A DNA stretch of 64,000 bases from Macrostomum hystrix (Eukaryota > Animalia > Platyhelminthes). Location: positions 33,604,001-33,668,000 of the forward strand of contig CATNEN010000038.1 of NCBI GenBank assembly GCA_950097015.1, read 5' to 3'. The translations under genes were made by a program, and so were the position numbers. Shown one piece after another: positions 37,301 through 50,520 of this stretch. The notes under the pieces are model-generated. The model was not told the origin of the DNA and ran no database searches. It saw only the letters and a program-made list of their open reading frames with translations. Numbering within the stretch: the first letter of the stretch is position 1; each line of letters opens with the position of its first letter.

Positions 37301-40300
37301 CAGCTCAACAGTTTGTCAATTATTGATAGTTGACTGACAGGATGGGATAGCATATAGTGTACCATGTGAAAACCGAGTAAAGTCAAATACTGTAAGTACT
37401 ATATCACACATTCTAATCCTAAATTCGCCAGGTGGTCCTAGACCCGACCAGCCTAAAACGAAAGGAAGCGCTTAGCGGCCTAGCCAAGAATGTTACGCAG
37501 GCTGGCGATAATCGATCAGCATCTGAGAGACGTGGCCTTCTATTAGAGTACTTCCACGCTACTGCTCGAGTCAAGGTCGGTTTTCAATATAACGCCTAGT
37601 TCCAAATGCTTAGTTCCTATTGTATTCCCAAAAAAAGCAATCAACCGAGCAAATCACCTGACAGGTACCAGCCGTGAAGCAGTACATCCTGGACCTACTA
37701 GAAGCCTCGGACACTCGCAAATTTCTCGTATTTGCGCATCACTCGGAATTCCTTGACGAACTAGACGCTATGCTGACTGAACACGGCGTTGCCAGGATTC
37801 GCATCGACGGCCGCACCCAGCCGGAGGCGCGGCATTCTAGCGCCGAGGCCTTTCAAACCGACGCCAATATTCGCGTAGCCCTGCTGAGCATCACAGCGGC
37901 CGGCACTGGCGTGAATTTGACCGCCGCCTCTCTTGTGGTATTCGGCGAACTATTCTGGAATCCGGGCATTCTGCTACAGGCTGAAGATCGAGCTTATCGG
38001 ATTGGCCAACAGAACTCTGTTTGCGTGCACTATCTGGTGGCTCAGGTGATTCCATTCATTTATTTTTTGATATTTCAATACATATCGGCTAGTTTTACTT
38101 ACCGGATAATTTATCGGATACTTAGGGGATTAAGTGATTTAATTAGTTTATTTACTGATATTTCGATACATATCAGCTAATTTTACTTGCCGGCTACTTT
38201 ATCATATACTTAGGGGCTTAAGTGATTTAATTAGTTAATTTACTGATATTTCGATACATATCGGCTAATTTTACTTGCCGGCTACTTTATCATATACTTG
38301 GGGGCTTAAGTGATTTAATTAGTTAATTTACTGATATTTCGATACATATCGGCTAATTTTACTTGCCGGCTACTTTATCATATACTTGGGGGCTTAAGTG
38401 ATTTAATTAGTTAGTTTACTGATATTTCGATACATATCGGCTAATTTTACTTGCCGGCTACTTTATCATATACTTGGGGGCTTAAGTGATTTAATTCGTT
38501 TGTTTATTGATATTTCAATACATATCGGCTAGTTTTACTTACCGACTAATTTATCTAATACTTGGTGTCTCAAGTGATTTAATTCGTTTGTTTTTTGATA
38601 TTTCAATACATATCGGCTAGTATTACTTGCCGGCTACTTTATCGGCTACTTGGTAGCTCAAGTGATTTAATTCGTTTATTTAGTCATATTTCGAAACATA
38701 TCGGCCAGTTTTTAATTCACTGTATTGCATTGGACATTAGGCTATAAGCCACCGTTGTTTTGCTTCGAGGTCTTAAACGACAGGTCCTATGCGAGTTCGA
38801 GTTTTGTTCCAGAAAAAAACAAATTATTAATTCTTACAGTCGCCTTAATTGTAAGATGACTCTGCATTACCTTAATTCCCTACTGCTTTGTTTTTGTTGG
38901 CTTCTGTAGAAAAACGTTTATTTGATTCTTACATCGACTTCCCTGGGTTCGAATCCGCGTTTTAATAATTGATTTTATAACCTTTAGGGCACGGCCGATG
39001 ATCATCTGTGGCCGCTGGTGCAACGCAAACTAGCCGTACTGGGCTCTGCCGGCCTCAATCGTGAGACATTTCGCGACGCTGAGACCGCCTATCTGAAGCT
39101 TAGCGAAGACAAACAGGCCTGTATCACAGATTTCTATCAGGCTATGGTGGAAGAAGAGGAGTCTAATAGGGCTCTATTTCAGGAGCCAAATGGCGAGGCC
39201 GACGGCGAAGATAACGGCGACACTGACAAGGCTCCTTTGCCAAAGAGGTATGACCTTAAGATAGGTCATGAATGATGAAAGATAAGGGTCATTAATAATG
39301 ATAGATATAGGTCAAGAATGATGAAAGATAAGGGTCATTAATAATGATAGATATAGGTCATGAATAATGATAGATATAGGTCAAGAAGGATGAAAGATAA
39401 GTGTCATTAATAATGATAGATATAGGTCATGAATGATGATAGATATAGGTCATTAATAATGATAGATATAGGTCATTAATAATGATAGATATAGGTCATG
39501 AATGATGATAGATATAGGTCATTAATAATGATAGATATAGGTCATGAATAATGATAGATATAGGTCATGAATAATGATAGATATAGGTCATGAATGATGA
39601 AAGATAAAGGTCATGAATAATGATAGATATGGTCATGAATGATGATAGATATAGGTCATGAATGATGATAGATATAGGTCATGAATGATGATAGATATAG
39701 GTCATGAATGATGATAGATATAGGTCATGAATAATGATAGATATAGGTCATGAATGATGATAGATATAGGTCATGAATGATGATAGATATAGGTCATGAA
39801 TGATAAAAGATAAAGGTCATGAATAATGATAGATATAGGTCATGAATGATGATAGATATAGGTCATGAATAATGATAGATATAGGTCATGAATGATGATA
39901 GATATAGGTCATGAATGATGATAGATATAGGTCATGAATGATGAAAGATAAAGGTCATGAATAATGATAGATATAGGTCATGAATGATGATAGATATAGG
40001 TCATGAATGATGATGGATATAGGTCATGAATGATGATAGATATAGGTCATGAATAATGATAGATATAGGTCATGAATGATGATAGATATAGGTCATGAAT
40101 AATGATAGATATAGGTCATGAATAATGATAGATATAAGTCATGAATGATGATAGATATAGGTCATGAATGATGAAAGATATAGGTCATGAATGATGATAG
40201 ATATAGGTCATGAATGATGATAGATATAGATAATATGTTATAGAATGACGGATGATCATTATTGCTTAACTATGAGCTCTAATTATGTTTCGCAGGTACA

Positions 40301-40566
40301 AGCCAACAGAGGTTAAGAAGCGCAAGGAACAGCTTCAATTGGCTGAGTTTTTTGGCCCCTTAGCAACTAGAGCTTCTTCGCCTGCCTCTAGTGCTAGTTC
40401 CTCTGTAACAGCAGCAGCAGCAGCAGCAACAGTAGCTGTCAAATCTGCGACAAAGACTAGTAGTTCGATTTCAGCAACTAATGCTGATATTAATATCGAT
40501 GTCGAAGCCCTGCTAGCCGACATCCCAGATGAAGAGTGGGACTTTGATTGGAACGCCAATACTTAG
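34303..40566 (+). CDS. SMARCAL1: SMARCAL1 (HARP) annealing helicase; exons 34303-34695, 35715-36038, 36640-37110, 37432-37575, 37665-38045, 38988-39247, 40296-40566
   Basis: HARP domain ([32 protein letters not shown]), [67 protein letters not shown]. All joins are in frame; the start codon is uncertain. Confidence 0.93.
34790..35672. repeat. Composite ~30-bp-unit intronic minisatellite (CCGAAA..AACAGCCACTTT)
   Basis: Seen directly. Confidence 0.88.
36140..36547. repeat. 46-bp intronic minisatellite
   Basis: Unit GGGCCTCTCGTTTCATTACTTCTTTGCCACTACTTTCGTTACTTTA. Confidence 0.92.
38055..38712. repeat. 88-bp intronic tandem repeat (~7 copies)
   Basis: TACTGATATTTCGATACATATC recurs at 88-bp spacing. 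Confidence 0.9.
39260..40230. repeat. 23-bp intronic minisatellite (GGTCATGAATGATGATAGATATA)n
   Basis: Seen directly. Confidence 0.95.
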
Positions 40567-41030
40567 TTAACTTTTATTTTATCGTCCTAATAACTTTCTC
40601 AATTGTTGAATTTTAACGTGCCAAAACAGCTAAGAATGTACTGCGACCACATATTTTTATTTGTCGATCTTGTTAACTTCGTATTATGGTTTCCTCATGC
40701 AACCTTGTTTAATATTATAATCTTTTTTAAAGCTTGTCTTTCTAAGTCCCTGATAGTACATTTGAGTGAGCTATATATTTGTAGATACATATATCTGTAT
40801 TAATATTTTATGTTGAAGCATTTTTTTCGTTTTCTTATTCTACGTCTAACATAAAAAAAACTATATTTCCTAGTGCCGTCTGTTAACATTTGTGAGGTCA
40901 TGCTTTTATATTGCTTTGTCATATGTAAGTTTAATTTCAAATTTATGTCAAAACATATTTTAAAATAATACAGAACAAAGTAATATAGTTGTTTTAACTT
41001 TTTTTCGTTCACATTTTTCACAACAAAATG

Positions 41031-41108
41031 GGGTTGTAGCTTAGTGTTTAGGGCGTCGAGCTTTCGACTTAGATGTCGGGGGTTCGATTCACGACTCGAA
41101 TTTTTTTT
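41031..41108 (+). mobile_element. tRNA-like SINE head or tRNA pseudogene
   Basis: GTAGCTTAGTG A box, GGTTCGATTC B box, trailing T run; the acceptor stem is poor. Confidence 0.45.
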
Positions 41109-41109
41109 C

Positions 41110-41340
41110 GCTGGAGTCAGCTAGGAGGCAATTCTGCCCATGCCGCTGACTCCTGAGCACGCACGCTCACAGGTGTGTACATCTGCCCTGACTTTCTTAT
41201 CGTCAGGGAGTGTACGCTATCACTGTGCCTTGGAGGTTGGCCCTCAAGGGCGCCAATTGCAACAATGCGGCCTCGCCTGCGGAATCGAGCTCAGGTGCGA
41301 GAGGCAAACGCGATAGACCCCTCTGCCACTCATCCCCCAA
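41110..41340 (-). mobile_element. tRNA-derived SINE copy (internally deleted)
   Basis: Aligns by eye to 25890-26180. Confidence 0.75.
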
Positions 41341-41517
41341 GTCAACAGATACTTCGGCTCTGAATTGGTTATTTTAATTTGTGTAACTTTCTGATTTCGT
41401 TTACCTTTTCAGCCAATCAGAAATCAAGCCAAAATTACCGATAAATCGGCAGTGCATTTTATATAAGACTCGATTTTATATTTTGAATATTAGTGCCAGA
41501 TTTTTTTTAAACAAGTC

Positions 41518-44500
41518 ATGAGCAGCTCATTAACTGCATGCCGAGTAGCAACCGTGTCGCGACATATTTTGTCTCAACTCTCGGCTAGGCGCTTACTAGC
41601 CGTTGATTGGACAGCAACTGTTGCTAATGGCAACGGACAGGTGGTCGCCTTAAACGGCTTCCTGCTTGGGGTGAGAGCGACCTTTGCTTTGTGGCTTTCA
41701 TCTTTCGCATAGGTTTTTTATTGACAATTGTATTAAAGTACTCATTTTGGTGGTCTCAAATCTTTTAATCAAATCTCAGCTATCAAAAGTTTGCTCAAAA
41801 AGCAAATCCTAGTTGCTAAAAATTAATGATACTAAAATCTGTTTAAAATCGCCCTTTCTTAGTGGTCATTAAAATCGGTCATATTTGCTAGTCATAACAA
41901 CTGTTTAAAATCACCCATTCACAGCAGTCATAAAACAGCTGCTTAGAATCGCTCATTCTCAGTAATCATAACATCTGTTTAGAATCGCTCATTCTCAGTA
42001 ATCATAACATCTGTTTAGAATCGCTCATTCTCAGTAATCATAACATCTGTTTAGTATCGCTCATTCTTGGTAGTCATAAAACATCTGATAAGAATCGCTC
42101 ATTCTCAGTAGTCATAAAACAGCTGCTTAGAATCGCTCATTCTTACTAGTCATAAAACTGCTTTTTAGAATCGCTCATTCTCAGTAGTCATAAAACATCA
42201 TAGTTCTTGGTTGTTTCATTTGAATCTCAATCTCCATGTCGATTTTCGTTACCATATCAACAGCAGCAGCGTCGGCACTTCAGCGGCAATCGTCGCCTGC
42301 CAGTGAATACGGGCATAATGTTTGTGCCCCAGCAGGAGGCCTGGATCATTGAACGATTCGGCAAGTTTAGCCGCATTCTAAGCCCGGGCTTAAACTTCTG
42401 CGTGCCCATTGTGGATAGAATCGCCTACATTCAGAGCCTAAAAGAGATCCCTATCAACATTCCGGACCAGCCGGCCATCACCGTGGACAATGTGACCCTA
42501 CAAATCAACGGTGTCCTATTTCTAAAAGTTTTCGATCCCTATCAGGCCTCATATGGTATTGAAGACGCTGAGTTTGCCATGACCCAGCTAGCTCAGACCA
42601 CAATGCGCTCCGAACTGGGCAAGATCTCGCTAGATAGCGTCTTTCGCGAACGCGACAATCTCAACCGAGCCATTGTGGAAGCTATCAATCAGGCTAGCGA
42701 GCCTTGGGGTATTAACTGTCTGCGCTACGAGATTCGCGATATTATCCTGCCGCCAAAGATTAAGGACGCCATGCAGACACAGGTGAGATCCTTCTCCTGT
42801 TTCTTCTACGGACCGGAAGTTATATTTGATTTCGTTTCTCGATAAAACATTTGATCCTCAGTTTGATTTCCCTGTAAAACATTTGATCCTCAGTTTGATT
42901 TCCCTGTAAAACATTTGATCCTCAGTTTGATTTCCCTGTAAAATATTTGATCCTCAGTTTGATTTCCCTGTAAAACATTTGATCCTCAGTTTGATTTCCC
43001 TGTAAAACATTTGATCCTCAGTTTGATTTCCCTGTAAAACATTTGATCCTCAGTTTGATTTCCCTGTAAAACATTTGATCCTCAGTTTGATTTCCCTGTA
43101 AAACATTTGATCCTCAGTTTGATTTCCCTGTAAAATATTTGATCCTCAGTTTGATTTCCCTGTAAAACATTTGATCCTCAGTTTGATTTCCCTGTAAAAC
43201 ATTTGATCCTCAGTTTGATTTCCCTGTAAAACATTTGATCCTCAGTTTGATTTCCCTGTAAAACATTTGATCCTCAGTTTGATTTCCCTGTAAAACATTT
43301 GATCCTCAGTTTGATTTCCCTGTAAAACATTTGATCCTCAGTTTGATTTCCCTGTAAAATATTTGATCCTCAGTTTGATTTCCCTGTAAAACATTTGATC
43401 CTCAGTTTGATTTACCTGTAAAATATTTGATCCTCAGTTTGATTTCCCTGTAAAACATTTGATCCTCAGTTTGATTTCCCTGTAAAATATTTGATCCTCA
43501 GTTTGATTTCCCTGTAAAATATTTGATCCTCAGTTTGATTTCCCTGTAAAACATTTGATCCTCAGTTTGATTTACCTGTAAAACATTTGATCCTCAGTTT
43601 GATTTACCTGTAAAACATTTGATCCTCAGTTTGATTTCCCTGTAAAATATTTGATCCTCAGTTTGATTTCCCTGTAAAACATTTGATCCTCAGTTTGATT
43701 TTTCTATGGAATCCCAGATCCTCATGCAGTTTAATTCCCTATAGAATCCCAGATCCTCATGCAGTTTAATTTCCCTATGGAATCCCAGATCCTCATGCAG
43801 TTTAATTTCCCTATAGAATCCCAGATCCTCATGCAGTTTAATTTCCCTATGGAATCCCAGATCCTCATGCAGTTTAATTTCCCTATAGAATCCCAGATCC
43901 TCATGCAGTTTAATTTCCCTATGGAATCCCAGATCCTCATGCAGTTTAATTTCCCTATAGAATCCCAGATCCTCATGCAGTTTAATTTCCCTATAGAATC
44001 CCTGATCCTGAGTAAAAATTAGCCTTTTGGATTTATGATTCTCAATTAGATTTCTCTATAAAATCCCAGATCCTTAGACGACTCACTCCAAACACTGATG
44101 ATGATCAAAACACTCATCCACGCCCTTCGGCGACAAAAGGATCACAAGACAAGACTAGATCAGAACACTATTTCCCTAAATAAGTCCCAGATTTCCCATT
44201 AAACGTTCTTCTTAAGTCCTAAATCCCCAAGTTTATTTCTGATAATAAATGCCTAGATCCCCTGTTCGATATCTTATCCTCTAATCCCCTTATCAATCGT
44301 CCCCTATTCCAGGTGGAAGCGGACAGGCGCAAGCGCGCTGCAATCCTGGAATCTGAGGGAGTTCGCAACTCGGATATCAACGTCGCCGAGGGCAAAAAGC
44401 AGGCCCAGATTCTGGCCTCTGAAGCATTTCAACAGGAAGTCCTTAACAAGGCTCTGGGTGAGAGTGAAGCGATCATTCGCATCGCCGAAGCCAGAGCTCA

Positions 44501-45982
44501 AGCGATTCGGTCAGTGTCTGACGCACTCACTCACGCCAACGGCTCAAACGTTGTCGCTATGACCATCGCTGAGAAGTACATCGAAGCTTTTAGCAAACTG
44601 GCAAAGACAAGCAATACTGTGCTACTACCCGCTCAGACCGGCGATATTGCTAGCATGGTTGCTCAGGTTAGTTGGAGTACTAATTAGTCTGTACTTGAAC
44701 TCCACTGAGTCATAGAGAATCCTAAATCCTTAGATAACTGTCTTCTGAATCCTCAAAAATCTGTCTTTTAAATCTTTAGAAATATGTCTGAAGCAGATGA
44801 TCTGAATCCTCAGGGAATCTGCTCCTCAATCCCCAGAAAATCATCTCCTAAATCCCCTGAGAATCTGCTCCTAAATCCTAAGAGAATCCGCTCCTAAATC
44901 CTAAGAGAATCCGCTCCTAAATCCTAAGAGAATCCGCTCCTAAATCCTCAAAGAATCCGCTCCTAAATCCCCAGAGAGTCTGCTCCTAAATCCCCAGAGA
45001 GTCTGCTCCTAAATCCCCAGAGATTCTGCTCCTAAAATCTTCAGAAAATCATCTCCTAAATCCCTTGAGAATCTGCTCCTAAATCCCCAGATAATAATCT
45101 CCTAAATCTTCTGAGAATCTGCTCCTAAATCCCAAGAGAATCTGCCCCTAAATCCCTAAATACCCAGATAACCATCTCCTAAATCCCCTGAGAATCTGCT
45201 CCTAAATCCTAAGAGAATCTGCTCCTAAATCCTAAGAGAGTCTGCTCCTAAATACCCAGAGAGTCTGCTCCTAAATCCCTAGAGAATCTGCTCCTAAAAT
45301 CTTCAGAGAATCGATCTGCTCCTCAATCTTCGGAGAATCTGCTCCTCAATCCCCAGAGAATCTGCCCCTAAATCCCTAAATCCCCAGATAATCATCTCCT
45401 AAATCCCCTGAGAATCTGCTCCTAAATCCTTAGAGAATCTGCTCCTAAATCCCCAGAGAATCTGCCCCTAAATCCCTAAATCCCTAGAGAATCTGCTCCT
45501 AAATCCCCAGAGAGTCTGCTCCTAAATCCCTAGAGAATCTGCTCCTAAATCCCCAGAGAATCTGCTCCTAAATCCCAAGAGAATCTGCTCCTAAATCCTC
45601 AGAGAATCTGCTCCTAAATTCCCAGAGAGTTATCTCATAAATCGTTAATGCGTCGGTCCTGAAACGTGATCAAGAACTTTTTTATGCGATTCTGAAATTC
45701 AAAATAATGCAGGCCCTATCAATCTACAAAGCTGTGGACGCAAATCAGCCGTCTATTCCGTCGCCGAATCATCCGTCACCTTCTGGATCGTCAAAATCTT
45801 CGCCGACTGGCTCCACGCCGTTCAGCATCGGTTTCGGTGGCTCAGCTGCTGGAGGTGTTGGCGCCCATCGCGGCGACTTCAGCGGTGTCGGCTTTGCTGC
45901 GCCAACAGCCATGTCCGATTCGTTCCACGCTGACGAGGATCATTTTAATGGCGCATCTAGCGAGGACAACGCTTCGTTCTAT

Positions 45983-46035
<53 letters not shown>

Positions 46036-46105
46036 TCATTCTCGAGCCGAACAAATCGAACAAGATCTGGCCAAATTTGGCTTCGGGGCCAAGGATAGAA
46101 ACTAA
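41518..46105 (+). CDS. STOML2: Stomatin-like protein 2, mitochondrial; exons 41518-41670, 42264-42782, 44313-44666, 45713-46105
   Basis: FVPQQEAWIIERFGKF, QSLKEI, TQLAQTTMRSELGK, WGINCLRYEIRDI, QVEADRRKRAAILESEG, AEKYIEAFSKLAKTSNT, MVAQALSIY. The R/S-rich N-terminus resembles a presequence. The exon 1 donor could instead be at 41640. Confidence 0.94.
41895..42197. repeat. 36-bp intronic minisatellite (CTGTTTAGAATCGCTCATTCTCAGTAATCATAACAT)n
   Basis: Seen directly. Confidence 0.85.
42844..44010. repeat. 32-bp minisatellite (42844-43700) switching to a related 36-bp minisatellite (43700-44010)
   Basis: Units TAAAACATTTGATCCTCAGTTTGATTTCCCTG and AATCCCAGATCCTCATGCAGTTTAATTTCCCTAT[A/G]G. Confidence 0.95.
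44800..45640. repeat. ~23-bp intronic minisatellite (GAGAATCTGCTCCTAAATCCCCA)n
   Basis: Seen directly. Confidence 0.9.
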
Positions 46106-46478
46106 TTTGAAAAGTTTTAACACTTGAATTATCATTTATTCATAAATTAAGGAGGCTAAAAATAAATATTAGTTGCGTGTTTTGGGACTATTTTAGCTGA
46201 CTTTCCTGTTGTAGCCATCAGCTTGTGTCGCTGTTAAATATCCAGTTCGATATACAAAAATAACACAGTTATATATACTATATGACGTTTGTAGCATACT
46301 GTTAGTTGCCGATTGAATTTAACGAACTAAAATATGCGTTCTTAATGGTGGCTTAAATAGCCAAGCTAGCCAGCTTCTTCTCAATTTTCTGATGAGGATG
46401 TCAGACGATAATAATAGTCTACTTGCGTGCTTTTTACATTCAATTGTTCATTGTTTATAGCTTTATTAATCAAGTGAT

Positions 46479-46548
46479 TGCAGGAGGGCTGCAGGCAATG
46501 GCAAATTATTTGGTGACACTAGATCCGCAGCCAGCGAGGAGGCAATTT
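46479..46548 (-). mobile_element. SINE 3' fragment
   Basis: Matches 25831-25900 (GCAGGCAATGGCA..TTTGGTGACACTAGA.CCGCAGCCAGCGAGGA). Confidence 0.7.
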
Positions 46549-46638
46549 CGTTTATGTGTAAAATTTGTTCATTTTCTTAATGTCGCTTTGTGTCTAATAT
46601 AAGACTACTATAAATTTCAGCCAATTAGCGAAGCAAAA

Positions 46639-49098
46639 ATGCGACCCGAAATTTTTCTATCGACCAACGAGCGCAAGGCCATAGACAAGAGCATAGCCAA
46701 TCAGTGCCGACTAGACGGTCGCTCTCTAACTGACGTGCGCAGAATTCGTTGCCGATTCGCCAAAACAGAGCCGGGCTGTGTCACCGTTCGCTTGGGCGCC
46801 ACTCTGGTCATTGCCAAAGTCACTCACGACATTGTGGAGCCCTGGTCGCATAGGCCAGCTGAGGGTCAGCTGCAGGTAAGCTACTTAGATAGCTGTTCGT
46901 GTTAAGATAAAGTTTTATTGGGTCTTCAGTTTCTAAAAATAGATTTAGGTTTACTAAAAACTAACTCTTTTATTTATTTTGCAACTCGATTCTCAGAAAC
47001 AGTTTAAAAAACTGTTCGTTTTGTATTAAAAAACTTTATTTTTCTAAGAAACAATTAGGTTTCTAAGAAACAATTAGGTTTCTAAGAAACAATTAGGTTT
47101 CTAATAAACAATTAGGTTTCTAATAAACAATTAGGTTTCTAAGAAACAATTAGGTTTCTAAGAAACAATTAAGTTTCTAAGAAACAATTAGGTTTCTAAG
47201 AAACAATTAGGTTTCTAAGAAACAATTAGGTTTCTAAGAAACAATTAGGTTTCTAAGAAACAATTCGGTTTCTAAGAAACTTTGATTTGTAAGAACTAAT
47301 CGGCTTATTAGAAGCTGTTTGTTTTGTAATATGTAATTGTCTTCTGTTTCTAAGAATACACGTTAAGAATTCGTTAGCCCTATTGCCAGGTGGTAAGTGG
47401 CATCGATTTTAACGCGTTTGTCTCTCGCAAGAATGTTCCTGAGCTCGATTCCGCGGCGAGGCCACATTCATTTGGGGCGCAGCCGCGAAGAGAAAGCTTG
47501 GGGGGCTTGTCATGTAATTTACGCCAAGCTCTAATACACAGTGAGAGTGTACACTGCAAGACGATGAGAAAGTCAGGGCAGATGTACACGCCTGCTTGGG
47601 CGTGTGCCTGCGTACAGTATCTGTGTGCGTGTATTCTCAGGTGCCTTCTCGCTGGCTGCGGGTCTTGTGTCACCATTATTAGTATTATTATTATTACTGT
47701 TATTGTGAGCCCTAGACCCTAAGGTGATGATCATCATCTCGCAGGTGAACCTGGAGATCCCCAGCGCTGATGGTGCTCAACAGTCGCAACTGGACGACGA
47801 CGGCCTCCGAGCTCAGCGGGCTCTGGAACGCTGCTTCAAAGAGTCGCATTGTCTAGACCTGGAGAGTCTGTGCATTGTTCCCGGTGAGCGCGTATTCCTA
47901 ATACGCGTGACGGCTACAGTTTTGAACAATGACGGCAATGTGATTGACTGCGCCGCTATGGCCGTTGTGCTAGCTTTAGCTGATTATCGTCGACCGGATG
48001 TGTCCCTAGTGCAGGTGAGTTGCTGCATGGCTTCTTATTGGTTTGACGGTCCCAGTCCCAATGCAGCTTGTTTCGTGTTTTTTCCACTGTACAGGGCGCC
48101 GTACGAGTAGGCGAAAATGCCCCTGTGCCGCTCAATTTGAACTTTTATCCGCTGGTGCAGACCTTTGGCTTGTTTGACATTGACGGAAAGTACGTTGTAG
48201 CAGATTTGTCTGCTAAGGTAAGAATTTTTCTAATGATTTTTTTAATCGGTCGCCTAATTACAGAGCCTCATAGTCATTCACTAATTCACAGATCCTCACA
48301 GCCAATCACTCATTTAAAGATCCTCACAGTCCTTCACTCATTCACGTGTACTAGCATCCGCAAACCAACCAATCACAGGAAGAGGCCTTAGCGGAGTGTC
48401 GCATAGTGGTGGCAATGAGCGCCAATCGAGAAATCTGCTGCCTGCACACTATTGGCGGCCTTCAACTAGACAGGCGCTCTCTGATTGGCTGCGCTCGACT
48501 GGCGGGTAGGCGGGTGCGCTGCCTAGCCGGGCTGCTAGATAACGCTCTGGCCAATCGGAGATTGGATACGCTCGACCTACTGCCAACAATGACACCATCA
48601 GCGGCTGGCCGCAACAATATGGGCGACTTTATAAAATCCGATAATTTCAATAATGAAGACGACGGTCAATTGGACACTTCGTCTAGCGACTCCGACATGG
48701 ACATTGCCTCGCCGGCTTCGCTGGCAACAGCCGACAGCCGAGGAGCTGCCGGATTCGCTTACAAGGCTTCTGCGCCAGATTTCGCAGTGTCTGGCAATCC
48801 TTACAGCACTGCTGTTGTGTGCGCCGAGGATTCCAATCTAGCCGCACCCAATGCTGCTTCTGCGGACACAGCCAAGCACGTAGAATTCGGTCTGCGCTTT
48901 ATTCGCAATGCTATGCTACAGAAGTCGGCGGCTGCTGCTGCTGCTGCTTCTGGCGCCTCCTCCGCTACCGATGTGCACTTGACTACGCCATCGATTGCTG
49001 GTGTGGCTGGTGTGGCTAGTGGAGCTGGCTACAGCTATGACAGGTATCGCGATGAAGACGACGAAGAAGACGTTACCATGATTACGCATTTAATGTGA
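46639..49098 (+). CDS. EXOSC9: Exosome complex component RRP45; exons 46639-46875, 47745-48014, 48095-48217, 48379-49098
   Basis: RLDGR, RPAEG, LERCFKESHCLDLESLCIVPGERV, VLNNDGNVIDCA, YRRPDV, VAMSANREICCL, and an acidic C-terminal EDDEEDVTMI. Joins are in frame. Confidence 0.92.
47041..47281. repeat. 19-bp intronic minisatellite (TTTCTAAGAAACAATTAGG)n
   Basis: Seen directly. Confidence 0.93.
47386..47700 (+). mobile_element. tRNA-derived SINE with (TTA)n tail in EXOSC9 intron 1
   Basis: Reverse-complement homolog of 25831-26180; ends TGTCACCA TTATTAGTATTATTATT. Confidence 0.8.
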
Positions 49099-49394
49099 TA
49101 CCAGTTTTTGCTTGAATTATTATTGTTTTTGTTGCTTCAGTTTAATTTGCATTCGCTATTGAAAAACTTCAGCTTGATGGAAGCTTTGGCGTTGGGTGTC
49201 AAAAAGGAATTGCATTTTAGTGCATATGAAGAAACACATTCTACTATTTTAATGAAAATAAAACCAGTGATAAAGGGTAATTGGTCAAGAATTAAGCTTC
49301 ACCAGCTAGTCTCCATTTTTTTATCGGGTTCATTTAGGCTAAAATTTGTGTTTTTTTATCATAAAAATGGGATAAGGACAATAATAGCCTCTCC

Positions 49395-50370
49395 CGGACA
49401 ATAGTCTGATAGAACAATAGCCAAAGTTGGACATTGGTCTGAGGAAATAATAACCACATCTAGACAATAGTATATGGAAACAAGAGCCACATCTAGACAA
49501 TAGTATATGAAAACAATAGCCACATCTAGATGGTAGTCTATGGAAACAAGAGCCACATCTAGATGGTAGTCTATGGAAACAAGAGCCACATCTAGATGGT
49601 AGTCTATGGAAACAATAGCCACATCTAGATGGTAGTCTATGGAAACAATAGCCACATCTAGATGGTAGTCTATGGAAACAATAGCCACATCAAGACAATA
49701 GTCTATGGAAACAATAGCCATATCTAGACAATAGTATATGAAAACAATAGCCACATCTAGATGGTAGTCTATGGAAACAATAGCCACATCTAGATGGTAG
49801 TCTATGGAAACAATAGCCACATCTAGATGGTAGTCTATGGAAACAATAGCCACATCTAGATGGTAGTCTATGGAAACAATAGCCACATCTAGATGGTAGT
49901 CTATGGAAACAATAGCCACATCAAGACAATAGTCTATGGAAACAATAGCCATATCTAGACAATAGTATATGAAAACAATAGCCACATCTAGATGGTAGTC
50001 TATGGAAACAATAGCCACATCTAGATGGTAGTCTATGGAAACAATAGCCACATCTAGATGGTAGTCTATGGAAACAATAGCCACATCAAGACAATAGTCT
50101 ATGGAAACAATAGCCATATCTAGACAATATTATTTGAAACAATAGCCACATCAAGACAATAGTCTATGGAAACAATAGCCATATCTAGACAATATTATTT
50201 GAAACAATGGCCACATCAAGACAATAGTCTATGGCCAGAAACAATAGCCACATCTAGATGGTAGTCTATGGAAACATTAGCCACATCTAGACAATAGTAT
50301 TTGAAAAAATAGCCACATCAAGACAATAGTCTATGGAAACAATGGCCTTATCTAGACAAGAGTCTAAGGA
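49395..50370. repeat. 33-bp intergenic minisatellite (ATCTAGATGGTAGTCTATGGAAACAATAGCCAC)n
   Basis: Seen directly; source of the spurious ORF at 49359-50117. Confidence 0.95.
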
Positions 50371-50520
50371 AAGAGCCGTCTCAGGTAGAGATTATTGTGT
50401 TAACATAGACAATATAAGGAAGGAATAATCAAATCTACACATTTCAGTGATCGCTGTTAATAAAAAACCAAATAAATAAAATTCTTCCAACCCCGATCGA
50501 TAGCGTGAGCAACTGTATTC

